In this document: piece by piece, positions 24,051 through 38,354 of the stretch | Layout of the letters: the number at the start of each line of letters is the position of its first letter | Numbering within the stretch: the stretch's first letter is position 1 | Source of the DNA: Octopus vulgaris | Lineage: Eukaryota | Assembly (NCBI GenBank): GCA_951406725.2 | Contig: OX597842.1 | Location: forward strand, 22,010,001-22,074,000 | Direction of reading: 5' to 3' | Length of the DNA: 64,000 nucleotides | Program-made: the position numbers and the translations under genes | Notes under the pieces: generated by a model | What the model saw: the letters and a program-made list of their open reading frames with translations, nothing else | What the model was told of the DNA's origin: nothing | The model's database searches: none

Positions 24051-24800
24051 TCAGTGATTAAGCAGCTGACTATTTTGAGAAAATGATTTACCAGAGATAT
24101 CACAATGATATGGTTTTTCTCCTGTATGAACACGCTTGTGCTTGGTTAAGGTATCGTTTTTAGAATAGGATTTGCCACAGATTTCACAGTGATATGGTTT
24201 TTCTCCTGTATGAACACGCCTGTGCATAGTTAAGTGATCGTTTTGAGAAAAAGATTTACCACAGATTTCACAGTGATATGGTTTTTCTCCTGTATGAACA
24301 CGCTTGTGCTTGGTTAAGTGATCGTTTCGAGAAAAGGATTTACCACAGATTTCACAGTGATGTGGTTTTTCTCCTGTATGAACACGCTTGTGCTTGATTA
24401 AGTTATTGTTTCGAGAGAAAGATTTACCACAGATTTCACAGTGATATGGTTTTTCTCCTGTATGAGCACGCTTGTGCATGGTTAAGTGATCGTTTTGAGA
24501 AAAAGATTTGTCACAGATTTCACAGTGATATGGTTTTTCTCCTGTATGAACACAACTCTTGTGCCTAGTTAAGTGATTGCTTTGAGAAAAGGATTTACCA
24601 CAGATTTCACAGTGATATGGTTTTTCTCCTGTATGAGTACGTTCGTGAATGACTAACTTAGCTTTCCGAGAGAACGACTTGCCACAGATATCACAATCAA
24701 ATGATGTTTTGCCCTTTTCATTCTTTTCCTCATCAGAAAAATCAATTTCTTCAGACTCTCTTTTACATTCAACTTCACTCCTAACTAATTCATTTTCCAT
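24051..24800 (-). CDS. C2H2 zinc-finger protein ZNF3 (7 fingers, truncated at shared TGA)
   Basis: MENELVRSEVEC leader, 7 fingers, then [17 protein letters not shown]. Confidence 0.75.
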   Translation of the reverse strand: MENELVRSEVECKRESEEIDFSDEEKNEKGKTSFDCDICGKSFSRKAKLVIHERTHTGEKPYHCEICGKSFSQSNHLTRHKSCVHTGEKPYHCEICDKSFSQNDHLTMHKRAHTGEKPYHCEICGKSFSRNNNLIKHKRVHTGEKPHHCEICGKSFSRNDHLTKHKRVHTGEKPYHCEICGKSFSQNDHLTMHRRVHTGEKPYHCEICGKSYSKNDTLTKHKRVHTGEKPYHCDISGKSFSQNSQLLNH

Positions 24801-26094
24801 AATGTTCCTTTCTCTTGTCACAGTTCACAAAGGTTTTCCTTCTTCTCGTATATTGCTCTGAACAAATATTTCTACTGATATATCTCCATGAAAAGTGATC
24901 TTTGTTAATATCTGAAGATGCTGCAAACTGCCTTCTTAATTGCTTTAACTCATTAACATTCAGATTAATCAGTCAAATAGAATGTTTATTGAAATTCTTC
25001 TGAATTAATCATTCATTATGTTATCATGTTCAGATTTCAATGTTGTGATTGTTTATTTTTAGAATGACCTTGTAGGGTGGGTGTGAGGGGTGGGATCTGG
25101 CTAGTATGAATATAAAACACACAAAAATATGGCCAGTTTAACCGTTTAGCATTGAGATTCCTTTGTGAAATGTAATGCTTATTTATTCATATTGTTTTGA
25201 ATTAATCATGGATTATCTCATAGCTTTGAGACTTCAGTGATTTGATTGTTTATGTTTAAATTGACACTGCAGGGTGAGTGTGAGAGGTCAGAATATTTGT
25301 GCTAGTTTAAATGCTAAATGATTAATTAATATGCAAATATAATTTTCTGTGTATTCCAGACAATAAAGAAGAGAAATTTTGTTACATATATGTCAGAGTT
25401 CAGAAGATATATTTTGCAGTAATTCAGTAAATATTTATAGAAACAGGGTTATACGTGTTTTGTATAACATCTTTGCTCAGTCTTCAAAAGACTTTCCATT
25501 CTAATGACGTTGCTTATGTAAAAATCCTGTGAAGCAGATGTCATCTGATAATCTGAAACGAAAGAGAAACAACAGTGTAAAACATACAAGATAATTAGGA
25601 ATTAGAGAGATTAAAGCAGTGAAAGTTTTACTACATTTTATATAGACATGGCTGTAGAAGTGCAGGGATGGTTGTGTGGTAAGAAGTTGGCTTCCCAACC
25701 ACATGGTCCTGGGTTCAGTCCCAGAGTGGCCAATAAAAGACATGTTTATGGAAACTGAAACAAGCTTGACATGTCCCAAATACCAAAATGAATTCTTATC
25801 GAAATAAGCAAAACAGAAATTGAAATTCGAGGAACCATTTGATAAGTCACCTGATGGGACATGTCTGCATCAAAGGATGCCCCACAACTGTTCGTACAGA
25901 ATCTCACCTGCGAGGCACAGATGCACGATGGGTTGAAACAATCAGAGTGAATACTAGTCTTGGAAATTCTATTTTCCTTCTCTTTCTCTCATTTTTTAAA
26001 CTCTACTGACATGAAGGAATTCCTCAAATAAATCCAGGGTCATTTATATCCATACTGTAGATGACATCAGATAGCCAAATACAGTGAGAAGGCT

Positions 26095-26359
26095 ATCTAA
26101 AATAATTGATTTATCTGATGATGTAAAGAATGAAGAGGGCAAAACATCATATGATTGTGATACCTGTGGTAAATTATTCTCTCGGAAAACTAACTTACTC
26201 ACTCACCGACGTATTCATACAGGAGAGAAGCCATATCACTGTGATACCTGTGGTAGATCATTTTCTCGAAATCAAGGCTTGTCAAGGCACAGACGCGTCC
26301 ATACAGGTGAGAAGCCATATCACTGTGATATCTGTGGCAAATCGTTCGCTCAGAAAGGC
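26095..26359 (+). pseudogene. Inverted zinc-finger gene fragment (leader end + 2.5 fingers) inside the ZNF3 upstream intron
   Basis: Translates [23 protein letters not shown]...[10 protein letters not shown], opposite strand to all cluster genes. Absent from the homologous site at ~14362. Confidence 0.85.
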
Positions 26360-27183
26360 AATGGTATACTATAAGGTGTATATATAAATTTAAAATTATT
26401 ACTTCATCATCATTTAAATTCCATTTTACACACTGGCATGGGTTGGATGACTTGAAAGGAGCTAACCAGCTGAAGGGCTGATCAGGCTCCATCTCTATCT
26501 TAAAATAGTTTCTATGGCTGGATGCCCTTTCTAACACAAACCCTTTACAGAATGTACTGGGTGATATTACGCAGTACCACTGGGTGCTTTTTACGTGGTA
26601 TCAGCACCCATGAGCCTGCAGGATTAGGGATGCTTAGCTGGAGGGGGTTGCAAGGGACAAGCTTGTATGCAAGGGCAACCATGCTTTTACTTAGCTTGAT
26701 GTGTCTTTTCAAGCACTGCAAACTGCCAGGATTCTCGTTTCCTGATCCCCTTCATTTAATGTCTGCCTTCAATACCAGTATCTGTTGGATGGTTTGGTAG
26801 GAGGTGGTCAGTCAGGAGACTGCCCCAGACTTGTGTGTCTGTTTTGGCTCAGCTTTTACAGCTGGATGCTCTTCCTAACACCAACCATACTACAGAGTGT
26901 ATTGAGTACATTTTAAGTGGCAAGATCACAGGCAAGGTCAGTTTTGGCACAGCTTTCTACATTTAATGTCCATTTACCATGCTTCCCTGGGTTGGTTGGT
27001 TTGACCTGTGCTGGCAAACAGGAGTGCTGCCCCCAGTTCCTGCCTGATTTAGATTGCTTTCTACAGCTGGACACTCTTCTTAACGCCAACCACTTAAGAG
27101 ACTGTGTTGAGATCTTTTCACATGGTACATGTATGGGTGCTTTTTATGCAAAGCAGTGTAGATGCCCTTTACATAGATCACCA

Positions 27184-27222
<39 letters not shown>

Positions 27223-27330
27223 CATATAATAATTATTTGAGGGAATATAAATCCAAACTCACAGGGAAAAAAATTACATATAATAGAAATACTAAATCAA
27301 ATTTCACAATATAATATATATATATCTAAA

Positions 27331-27615
27331 AAATTAGAAAAAACCCACATTTTATCATTTCAAAATGAACAATTAAATTACACCATCTAGAAAATTACAT
27401 ATAAAAGAATTATTAAAATTAAAATAACCATAAAATATCCATGATTAAGTAAATTGCAAAAAAATAATAAAAACTTATATAATTGGTAGAATAACGACAC
27501 GTCATTGATATTTTAGTGTTATTTTAATTTTAATAATTCTATTATATGTAATTTTCTAGATGGTGTAATTTAATTGTTCATTTTGAATTGAGAAAAGGTG
27601 GTATTTTTCTAATTT
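27331..27615. repeat. AT-rich inverted repeat (paralog of 15312-15588) with inverted spacer
   Basis: Spacer 27440-27506 is the reverse complement of 15418-15484. Confidence 0.9.
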
Positions 27616-30354
27616 CTCATATATATATATATATAATATAAAATCTGTTCTGTCTGTGTGTCTTCTAGGATCTCGGGCATCCTCAATCTGATTGCAGCCA
27701 AATTTGATATGTAGATGCCGAAGGTATTAGGACGTGTATAAGTCTTGAAAATATTACAAAAATCGCTTCCAGGTGAGAATGCGATCGATAAAGCCATGGG
27801 AACGTGCATTTATATGCGCAAGTACATCAGCTGTTGTGATCGATACTACACGTACGCAACAAAAATGCACATGCAGTTTGTGACGGCTGGCTTGAAATAA
27901 TGCCACAAAATGCAGTATATTTAAGAGACCAAAAAAGTAAGATGCAACAGAGATATTTTCTTCAAACTTGGCATGAAGGAAGGAAAGACTATTTCGTTTC
28001 TCAAGAAGTTTTTTCTTTGCCTTAACTTTGTTTAACAAAACCAAAAGTTTTATTGAAATATAGGCATGCTTCATTATTTTTTAATGAAAAGAACTGTTTA
28101 AACCATGTTTGTGTTCTCCCAGTCAACAGCCTTATAATTACTGGTACTTTAAACTCTTCGGTTGCATATTTTTGTGAATAAAATCGTTTTTCTTTGGAAT
28201 AGAAAATAAGTCTATCTTTATTTCTTCTTTTGCTGGTGTCCCTAATTTAGGTTAAATCAGTGTTTCTCAAAGGGGAGGCATATGGAGCGGTCGGACAAGT
28301 TGTCTTGAGAAAATTTGGTTTAAATGTGTGACATCACCGTCCTTGGACGGGGAGGAGGGGCACTTTGCAACTGTGTGTATATATATATATATATATAATT
28401 ATAATTCTGCTTCTTATTATTACTATCTTTTACTTATTTCTGTCATTAGACTGCCATCATGCTGGGGCATCGCCTTGAAGAATCTGTAGTGAGACTGGAT
28501 CGACCCCAGAACTTATTTGTTTTTTAGACCTGGAACTCATTTCATCAGTCTAATATAAAAACAAAATGAAATTATTACTTTACTCACCATTTAATATCAC
28601 TCCTTATCCTCCGTATAGTCTTTCCCCCAGCAGTTTTGATACAAAAGTAGAAATTCATCGAGAAAAGTCGATAATTTTAGACGAGATCAAAGAATATCTG
28701 ACCCTAAAAAGAACCGTTACAAAAATTGTGTAAACGGGGAATATATAAAACATGTAATGGTTTGCTTGAAATACCGAAACGAATTCGTAGCATCGTACCA
28801 AATTTAACAGCAACTATTTACACCATGCAGTATTTCTTGTGGTTTTTTATGTTCTGAGCTCAAATCCCGCCGATGTCAATTTTACCTTTCATTGCTTCGG
28901 AATCAAATTAAAGATCCATCGAAAACAGAGGTTGATACTAATCTCCCTCACACCCCCAATATTAAGTCTATTAATAACAACTTTGCTTCTAGCAGGTAAC
29001 GGATTAAGTCGATTATATCGAAGCAGTGGTTATTTACTCGATCCCGCAAGGATAAAAGGCAAAATGGAACTGGGCGGAATTTGAACTCAGAACATAAAAA
29101 ACAGACGAAATACGGCCAGGAATTTCGCCCGGCGTGCTAACGATTCTGCCAGCTCGCCGCCTTAAGAAACAATTATATCAAAAGCAACTTCCACGAATGA
29201 ATGACCAATTATTAATATGTCACCTATAGAAAATGCGAACATTTGCTGTGCTAGCTAAAAAGACCCATGTGCGTGTGAGCGCACCGGGACCACTGTTCGC
29301 TAGTAGTACCTATAAAAAGTGCGTAGAAAACGAAAATGAAAAGAATACAGCTCCATATAATATTCAGAGGAAGATTGTTACTAAAAAAATGCCAGCATTG
29401 ATTACAGGAAGGGATTAGATCTGAGAGAAATTTGTGTTGGTATTAATTCATTGAAAGACGATAAGGAAAATTAGTGAGTAAAGGGAGATAAGCAAGGGCA
29501 TGAGCCTAATTACGGGAAAAAGAAGCATTCGATCTTTAGATGGCTTCATAGGCTTATAACGGTGGTGGATCTCCGTCGTTTCACAACGAGGAGTCAATCT
29601 TTTGGTCAACTGATTTACTTGCACTTCATTGAGTATTTGCTGGTGTACAAGATGCATCCTTACTTTACCAGAATATTTAGGGCAGAAACCAGATTAATAC
29701 GTTCCGTCATTCAGCCATTGGAAAACGTTTTAAAGTAGTTTTGTAGAGAAAACTTACAAGGAAAAAAATTCAATTTAGAATTACTAAATCAAATTTCACA
29801 CAATATAATAAATATACAGAAAAAAACACCACCTTTTATTAATTCAAAATGAACAATTAAATTACACCATCTAGAAAATTACATATAATAGAAATATTAA
29901 AATTAAAATAACAATAAAAAGTCAAAAAAGTAATAATAAAAACGTATATAATTAGTATATATATTTATGTACATATATATACGTATATGTGGGTGTATAC
30001 GTTTTGTTTTCATTATATCTTTACATACGCACATACACACATAAAAAACTGATACACCGTTGCTTACGACAATTACAATCATCCAAATTTAGAGAATGTG
30101 TTGAGATCTTCTCACAGGGTACATGTATGGGTGTTTTTTATGCAAAGCAGTATAGATGCCCTTTACATAGATCACCATGATATATATATATATACATACA
30201 TATAATAATTATTTGAGGGAATATAAATCCAAACTCACAAGGAAAAAAATTCAATTTAGGAATACTAAATCAAATTTCACAATATAATATATATATATCT
30301 AAAAAATTAGAAAAAAAACACATTTTTATCAATTCAAAATGAACAATTAAATTA

Positions 30355-30780
30355 CATTGCTTGACAACCGATGCTGGTGTGTTTATGTCCCCATCACCTA
30401 GCGGTTCGGAAATAGCGACCGATAGAATAAGTACTGGGCTTACAAAGAATAAGTCCCGGGGTCGAGTTGCTCGATTAAAGGCGGTGCTCCAGCATGGCCG
30501 CAGTCAAATGACCGAAACAAGTAAAAGATTACTTAGTTTAAAAATTTATTTACTTTGCGTTTTTTTCTCTTTTTCTTTTTTTAGTTATTTCAGTCATTTG
30601 ACTGCGGCCATGCTGGAGCACCGCCTTTAATCGAGCAACTCGACACCAGGACTTATTCTTTGTAAGCCTGGTACTTATTCTATCGGTGACTTTTGCCGAA
30701 CCGTTAGGTTACGGGGACATAAACACACCAGCATCAGTTGTCAAGCAATGCTAGGGGGACAAACACAGACACACAAACAT

Positions 30781-30855
<75 letters not shown>

Positions 30856-31029
30856 CATATATATTCGACGTGCTTCTTTCAGTTTCCGTCTACTAAATCC
30901 ACTCACAAGGCTTTGGTCGGCCCAAGGCTATAGTATAAGACACTTGCCCAAGGTGCCACGCAGTGGGACTGAACCCGGAACCATGCAGTTGGTAAACAAG
31001 CTACTTACCACACAGTCACTCCTGCGCCT
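30355..31029 (-). mobile_element. Full CORE-type SINE (30583-31029, minus) tail-to-tail with a partial plus-strand copy (30355-30527)
   Basis: Reverse complement of the 3828-4200 family, with an internal (TA)n. The 3' parts form a ~170-bp inverted repeat. Confidence 0.85.
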
Positions 31030-31536
31030 TATTATTATTATTATTATTATTATTAATATTCAGTAGTTTTGTTTTTATAGCGTGCTTTCACTTCACTACC
31101 GAGCGCAGCTCTGTGTGCCTTGGCTATGTGCTGTGATTTGTTGTGAGGGTTACTATATTGAAAGTAAGGGGTATCAGCCATCTGAACGTGGCTAGCCACT
31201 GGGGTGGGGTGTTACTGATGATTTTAGCCCCAGGCGATCAACGTCACCAAAAGGACTTTAGACACTATATCAGTGTCTTTGTGTTACTTGCAAAGGGAGG
31301 TCATCCTCCCTCGAAGACCCGCGTACTACATACGGAATATAGTTTCAAGGTAATTGCCTCTCGTCAACGCATGGTAAGCACTGGTCTTCGATGAAGGAGT
31401 CCCCTCGCAAATAATATATAATGTTTTTCACAGTAACCACTGTCACTGATGTAGAAAAACTGTCTGAAAACAATAATAAATCTCTGAACGAGATATAAAC
31501 AGTAACCGCTCGACAACGTAAGGGGTATCAGCCATC

Positions 31537-32187
31537 AGAAGTATGTGATATACGAAGGAACGTTGTTACCACAATAATTATAACATTAATTAACAGAAAT
31601 AATTAGATCGGACAAAAGTATGTGATATACGAAGGAACGTTGTTACCACAATAATTACAACATTAATGAGAAGAAGTAATTAGATCGGACAGAAGTATGT
31701 GATATACGAAGGAACGTTGTTACCACAATAATTACAACATTAATTAAAAGTAATTAGATCAGACAGAACGTTGTTACCACAATAATTACAACATTAATGA
31801 GAAGAAGTAATTAGATCGGACAGAAGTATGTGATATACGAAGGAACGTTGTTACCACAATAATTACAACATTAATTAAAAGTAATTAGATCAGATAGAAC
31901 GTTGTTACCACAATAATTACAACATTACTGAGAAGAAGTAATTAAATCGGACAGAAGTATGTGATATACGAAGGAACGTTGTTACCACAATAATTACAAC
32001 ATTAATTAAAAGTAATTAGATCAGACAGAAGTATGTGATATACAAAGGAACGTTGTTACCACAATAATTATAACATTAATTAACAGAAGTAATTAGATCG
32101 GACAAAAGTATGTGATATACGAAGGAACGTTGTTACCACAATAATTACAACATTAATGAGAAGAAGTAATTAGATAGGACAGAAGTA
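31537..32187. repeat. Minisatellite, ~55-78-bp units, about 9 copies
   Basis: agaagtatgtgatatacgaaggaacgttgttaccacaataattacaacattaat...aattagatcggac repeated with length variants. Confidence 0.9.
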
Positions 32188-32316
32188 CGTGTTGCTTATT
32201 ACAACAGTGGGAAAACGATAGGCTAATTAGACGAGTAAAGGGAAATAAGCAAGTACATAAACCGAAGTCCAGTAAAAATAAAAACCCTTTCGATTTTTTT
32301 ATAGCTTTATATGCTT

Positions 32317-33180
32317 ACTAGCAGTATCGCCCGGCGTTGCTCGGGTTTGTTTCGATCATTTAGAATTAGAATTTTGAGATCTTTTCGGTATGAACGGCAG
32401 TGTTATATGAAAAAGTCACCCATAATCATGACCCTTGTATCGATCTATTGCATTTCAATCTGTTTTAGGGTTAGGGTATCTTTTTTTCTTCAGAAATGTA
32501 AATAAACCCAATCTGTTTCTTAAACGAGGGACATATTCATACGGCACAGAATGTTTTTTTTTTACCTCAATAGACGTCATTGATTGGTTGAAATTGCAGA
32601 AATTGAAGAAAAAAACAACAAATATTTTACAAACCATAGAATTTTCTCAATAAAGCCAAGAGAAAAAGACATTTTATAAACATATTCTACCAGTATACGA
32701 AGTTTAAAAGTGTTTAGTTAGGTGGAAATTATTTTTAAAAACTGCCGTTCAAACCGGAAAGATCTCAATTTTATATATAGAGAGATTACTAGCAATATCG
32801 CCCGGCGTTGCTTGAGTTTGTTTCGACCCTTTAGAATTGGAATGTTTGAAAAGTAATAATTTTGCATTATGTAGCTTGTTATTCTCTTTAAGTGAAGATT
32901 CTTCTGGTTGAAATACACAGAAAAGTGGCAACACAGAAGTCAAAAATTCGTAAAAAATAGGGATTTTCATAGTAAAAAAGCACCTTTTCGATGTAAATAA
33001 TTTTTGGGGTTAACATGGGCCGATTTGAATTTTTTCTTCTACGTAAGGAAGAGCAAGCCTTTATCTATGATACTCTCAAACTTGATCAACTTGCACAGCA
33101 GGGTCTCTTAGGAGATGGTGTTAGTTGAAGGCTACAAAACCTGCCACACACACAGACAACTTCAGCTTTATATATATAGA
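32317..33180 (-). mobile_element. Two adjacent Helitron-like elements (32317-~32782 and 32789-33180)
   Basis: Each has an actagca.tatcgcccggcgttgct (hairpin + CTAG, minus) end and a tatataga start. Confidence 0.55.
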
Positions 33181-33798
33181 TATATCGTGCAATGCCACTC
33201 CCTGTAAGAAGCATTTGTGCCAGTTCATGTAAAAAGCACACATGCTGATCCATGTGGTTATTCAACTTACTCCTTCCCCTGAAATTGCTGGCCTTGCGCC
33301 AAAATAATGCCTTGATATATGAGTTAATTTCTTCCTGGAGATTGCTCCTAAAGCGAAAACTCATAAAGCAAAGCAATAATTTCCCATAGAAGCAATGTTA
33401 TAAATTGTAATTCATTGCTAGAAAAATATTTTACCAATAAAATTTATAATACTTGTAAATAAATGACAATAAAACAACAGTAGAATGTAAAGAATATTTT
33501 ATGTAAAGTCAAAAACAATGTCAAGATCAATTAGAATAGACAAAATATTATTATTATAATTGTTTTCTGAATCACTTTGAAAAGACTCAGGGACACCATC
33601 ATTTGTAGATATGACCACTGATTCACAAGAAACAAGTCTAGAATTGTTTACTGAGAAGCATTCCTTTGCTCTTTATAAACTTCTTGGTAAGACACAGATG
33701 CATTTGTTATGGTAGTAGAAACTTTCAAAATTTGGATGTTGTGCTTGAAAAATAAAACTCATAAACGAAGTCTGTACCTTGGGAAATGAATCTATTCC

Positions 33799-34812
<1,014 letters not shown>

Positions 34813-36108
34813 TTATCCTGTATGAACACGTTTGTGAACGGTTAAGTTATCGATTCGAGAGAAAGATTTACCACAGATTTCACAGTTATATGGTTTTTCT
34901 CCTGTATGAACACGCCTGTGAACGGTTAAGTGATCGTTTTGAGAAAAGGATTTACCACAGATTTCACAGTGATAGGGTTTTTCTCCTGTATGAAGATGCT
35001 TGTGCTTGGTTAAGCTAGAACTTTGAGAGAATGATTTATCACAGATATCACAGCGATATGGCTTTTCTCCTGTATGAATGCGTTTGTGAGTAGTTAATTG
35101 AACATTTTGAGAGAAGGATTTACCACAGATATCACAGTGATATGGCTTTTCCCCTGTATGAGTACGTTCGTGAATGACTAACTTAGCTTTCTGACAGAAC
35201 GACTTGCCACAGATATCACAATCATATGATGTTTTGCCCTTTTCATTCTTCTCCTCATCAGAAAAATCAATCTCTTCAGACTCTCTTTTACATTCAACTT
35301 CACTCCTATATAATTCATTTTCCATAATTTTCCTTTCTCTCCTCACAGTACACAAAGGTTTTCCTTCTTCTCGTATATTACTCTTAACAAATGATTTACC
35401 AGAGATATCACAATGATATGACTTCTCTCCTATATGAACACACCTGTGCTTGGTTAATTTATCCTTTTGAGAGAAAGATTTACCACAAATTTCACAGTGA
35501 TATGGCTTTTCTCCTGTATGAACATGCATGTGCATGGCTAAGTGTTCATTTCGAGAGAAAGAATTGCCACAGATTTCACAGTGATATGGTTTTTTTCCTG
35601 TATGAACATGCCTGTGCATGGTTAAGTTATTGTTTCGAGAGAAAGATTTACCACAGAGTTCACAGTGATATGGTTTTTCTCCTGTATGAACACGCCTGTG
35701 CATAGTTAACTGATTATTTTGAGAAAAAGATTTGTCACAGATTTCACAGTGATAGGGTGCTTCTCCTGTGTGAACATGCTTGTGCCTAGTTAAGTTTTCG
35801 TTTCGAGAGAAAGATTTACCACAGATTTCACAGTGATATAGTTTTTCTCCTGTATGAACACTACTTCTGTGCCTAGTTAAGTGATTGTTTCGAGAAAAGG
35901 ATTTACCACAGATTTCACAGTGATATGGTTTTTCTCCTGGATGAGTACGTTCGTGAATGAGTAACTTAGTTTTCCAAGAGAACGACTTGCCACAGATATC
36001 ACAATCAAATGCTGTTTTGCCCTTTTCATTCTTCTCCTCATCAGAAAAATCAATCTCTTCAGACTCTCTTTTACATTCAACTTCACTCCGATATAATTCA
36101 TTTTCCAT
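34813..36108 (-). CDS. C2H2 zinc-finger protein ZNF4 (bipartite 7+5 fingers; premature TAA in a linker)
   Basis: Open frame 34813..36234; ATG at 36108; same CDISGKSF|VKSNIREEG fusion as ZNF2; GAA>TAA in HTGE. Confidence 0.75.
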   Translation of the reverse strand: MENELYRSEVECKRESEEIDFSDEEKNEKGKTAFDCDICGKSFSWKTKLLIHERTHPGEKPYHCEICGKSFSRNNHLTRHRSSVHTGEKLYHCEICGKSFSRNENLTRHKHVHTGEAPYHCEICDKSFSQNNQLTMHRRVHTGEKPYHCELCGKSFSRNNNLTMHRHVHTGKKPYHCEICGNSFSRNEHLAMHMHVHTGEKPYHCEICGKSFSQKDKLTKHRCVHIGEKSYHCDISGKSFVKSNIREEGKPLCTVRRERKIMENELYRSEVECKRESEEIDFSDEEKNEKGKTSYDCDICGKSFCQKAKLVIHERTHTGEKPYHCDICGKSFSQNVQLTTHKRIHTGEKPYRCDICDKSFSQSSSLTKHKHLHTGEKPYHCEICGKSFSQNDHLTVHRRVHTGEKPYNCEICGKSFSRIDNLTVHKRVHTG

Positions 36109-37403
36109 AATTTTCCTTTCTCTCGTCACAGTACACAAAGGTTTTCCTTCTTCTCGTATATTGCTCTGAACAAATATTTCTACTGATATATCTCCTTCAA
36201 AAGTGATCTTTGTTAATATCTGAAGATGCTGCAACCTGCCTTCTTAATTGCTTTAACTCATTAACATTCAGATTACTCTATCAAGTAGAATGTTTATTGA
36301 AATTCTTCTGAATTAATCATTCATTATGTTATCATGTTCAGATTTCAATGTTGTGATTGTTTATTTTTAGAATGACCTTGTAGGGTGGGTGTGAGGGGTG
36401 GGATCTGGCTAGTATGAATATAAAACACACAAAAATATGGCCAGTTTAACCGTTTAGCATTGAGATTCCTTTGTGAAATGTAATGCTTATTTATTCATAT
36501 TGTTTTGAATTAATCATGGATTATCTCATAGCTTTGAGACTTCAGTGATTTGATTGTTTATGTTTAAACTGACACTGCAGGGTGAGTGTGAGAGGTCAGA
36601 ATATTTGTGCTAGTTTAAATGCTAAATGATTAATTAATATGCAAATATAATTTTCTGTGTATTCCAGACAATAAAGAAGAGAAATTTTGCTACATATATG
36701 TCAGAGTTCAGAAGATATATTTTGCAGTAATTCAGTAAATATTCATAGAAACAGGGTTATACGTGTTTTGTATAACATCTTTGCTCAGTCTTCAAAAGAC
36801 TTTCCATTCTAATGACGTTGCTTATGTAAAAATCCTCTGAAGCAGATGCCATCTGATAATCTGAAACGAAAGAGAAACAACAGTGTAAAACATACAAGAT
36901 AATTAGGAATTAGAGAGATTAAAACAGTGAAAGTTTTACTACATTTTTATATAGACATGGCTGTAGAAGTGCAGGGATGGTCGTGTGGTAAGAAGTTGGC
37001 TTCCCAACCACATGGTCCTGGGTTCAGTCCCAGAGTGGCCAATCAAAGACATGTTTGATGGAAACTGAAAGAAGCTTGACTTGTCCCAAATACCAAAATG
37101 AATTCTAATCGAAATAAGCAAAACAGAAATTTAAATACGAGGAACCATTTGATAAGTCACCTGATGGGACATGTCTGCATCAAAGGATGCCCCACAACTG
37201 TTCGTACAGAATCTCACCTGCGAGGCACAGATGTACATGAGTTGAAACAATCATAGTGAATACTAGTCTTGGAAATTCTATTTTCTTTCTCTTTCTCTCA
37301 TTTTTTAAACTCTACTGACATGAAGGAATTCCTCAAATAAATCCAGTGTCATTTATATCCATACTGTAGATGACATCAGATAGCCAAATACAGTGGGAAG
37401 GCT

Positions 37404-37668
37404 ATCTAAAATAATTGATTTATCTGATGATGTAGAGAATGAAGAGGGCAAAACATCATATGATTGTGATACCTGTGGTAAATTATTCTCTCGGAAAACT
37501 AACTTACTCACTCACCGACGTATTCATATAGGAGAGAAGCCATATCATTGTGATACCTGTGGTAGATCATTCTCTCGAAATCAAGGCTTGACTAGGCACA
37601 GACGCGTCCATACAGGTGAGAAGCCATATCACTGTGATATCTGTGGCAAATCGTTCACTCAGAAAGGC
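37404..37668 (+). pseudogene. Inverted zinc-finger fragment in the ZNF4 upstream intron
   Basis: ORF track 37393..37683; paralog of 26095-26359. Confidence 0.85.
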
Positions 37669-38093
37669 AATGGTATACTATAAGGTGTATATATAAATTT
37701 AAAATTATTACTTCATCATCATTTAAATTCCATTTTACACACTGGCATGGGTTGGATGATTTGAAAAGAGCTAACCAGCTGAAGGGCTCATCAGGCCCCA
37801 TCTCTATCTTAAAATAGTTTCTATGGCTGGATGCCCTTTCTAACACAAACCCTTTACAGAATGTACTGGGTGATATTACGCAGTACCACTGGGTGCTTTT
37901 TATGTGGTATCAGCACCCATGAGCGTGCAAGATTAGGGATGCTCAGCTGGAAGGGGGTTGGAAGGGACAAGCTTGTATGCAAGGGCAACCATGCTTTTAC
38001 TTAGCTTGATGTGTCTTTTCAAACACAGCAAACTGCCAGGATTCTCGTTTCCTGATCCCCTTCATTTAATGTCTGCCTTCAATACCAGTATCT

Positions 38094-38354
38094 GGTGTAA
38101 TTTAAACAAAATTTTAATATTTTTACCTTTTGCTCAATTTACCTGTAATTAAAGTCAATTTGAGACAAAAGTTATGCAATAGAATTGATTAAGAACCCAT
38201 TCTTTAATTATGTTCCAAATATCACATTTATGTTGATAAGTAAAAAAGTTACAGTTATTTAATGAAACAAGCCTAGATTCATGATTATTTTAGAATTTAA
38301 TTGAAACTCATGAGGGGTGTATTTTAGTCAGAAATATAGTAAGGAAAGGGTTAA
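38094..38354. mobile_element. Right end of the piggyBac element seen intact at 44504-45528 (left part deleted with flank)
   Basis: Ends gaaagggTTAA tgtcc; matches 45240-45532. Confidence 0.8.

Noticed and set aside
26084-26374. Inverted ZNF fragment as an independent 96-aa gene
   Set aside because: GTG start from flanking DNA, truncated third finger, no evident promoter or splice signals. Retained as a fragment, although the frame is open in all four copies.
31537-32187. CRISPR-like appearance of repeated units
   Set aside because: Eukaryotic context; the intervening parts are themselves repeated rather than unique spacers; no cas genes.
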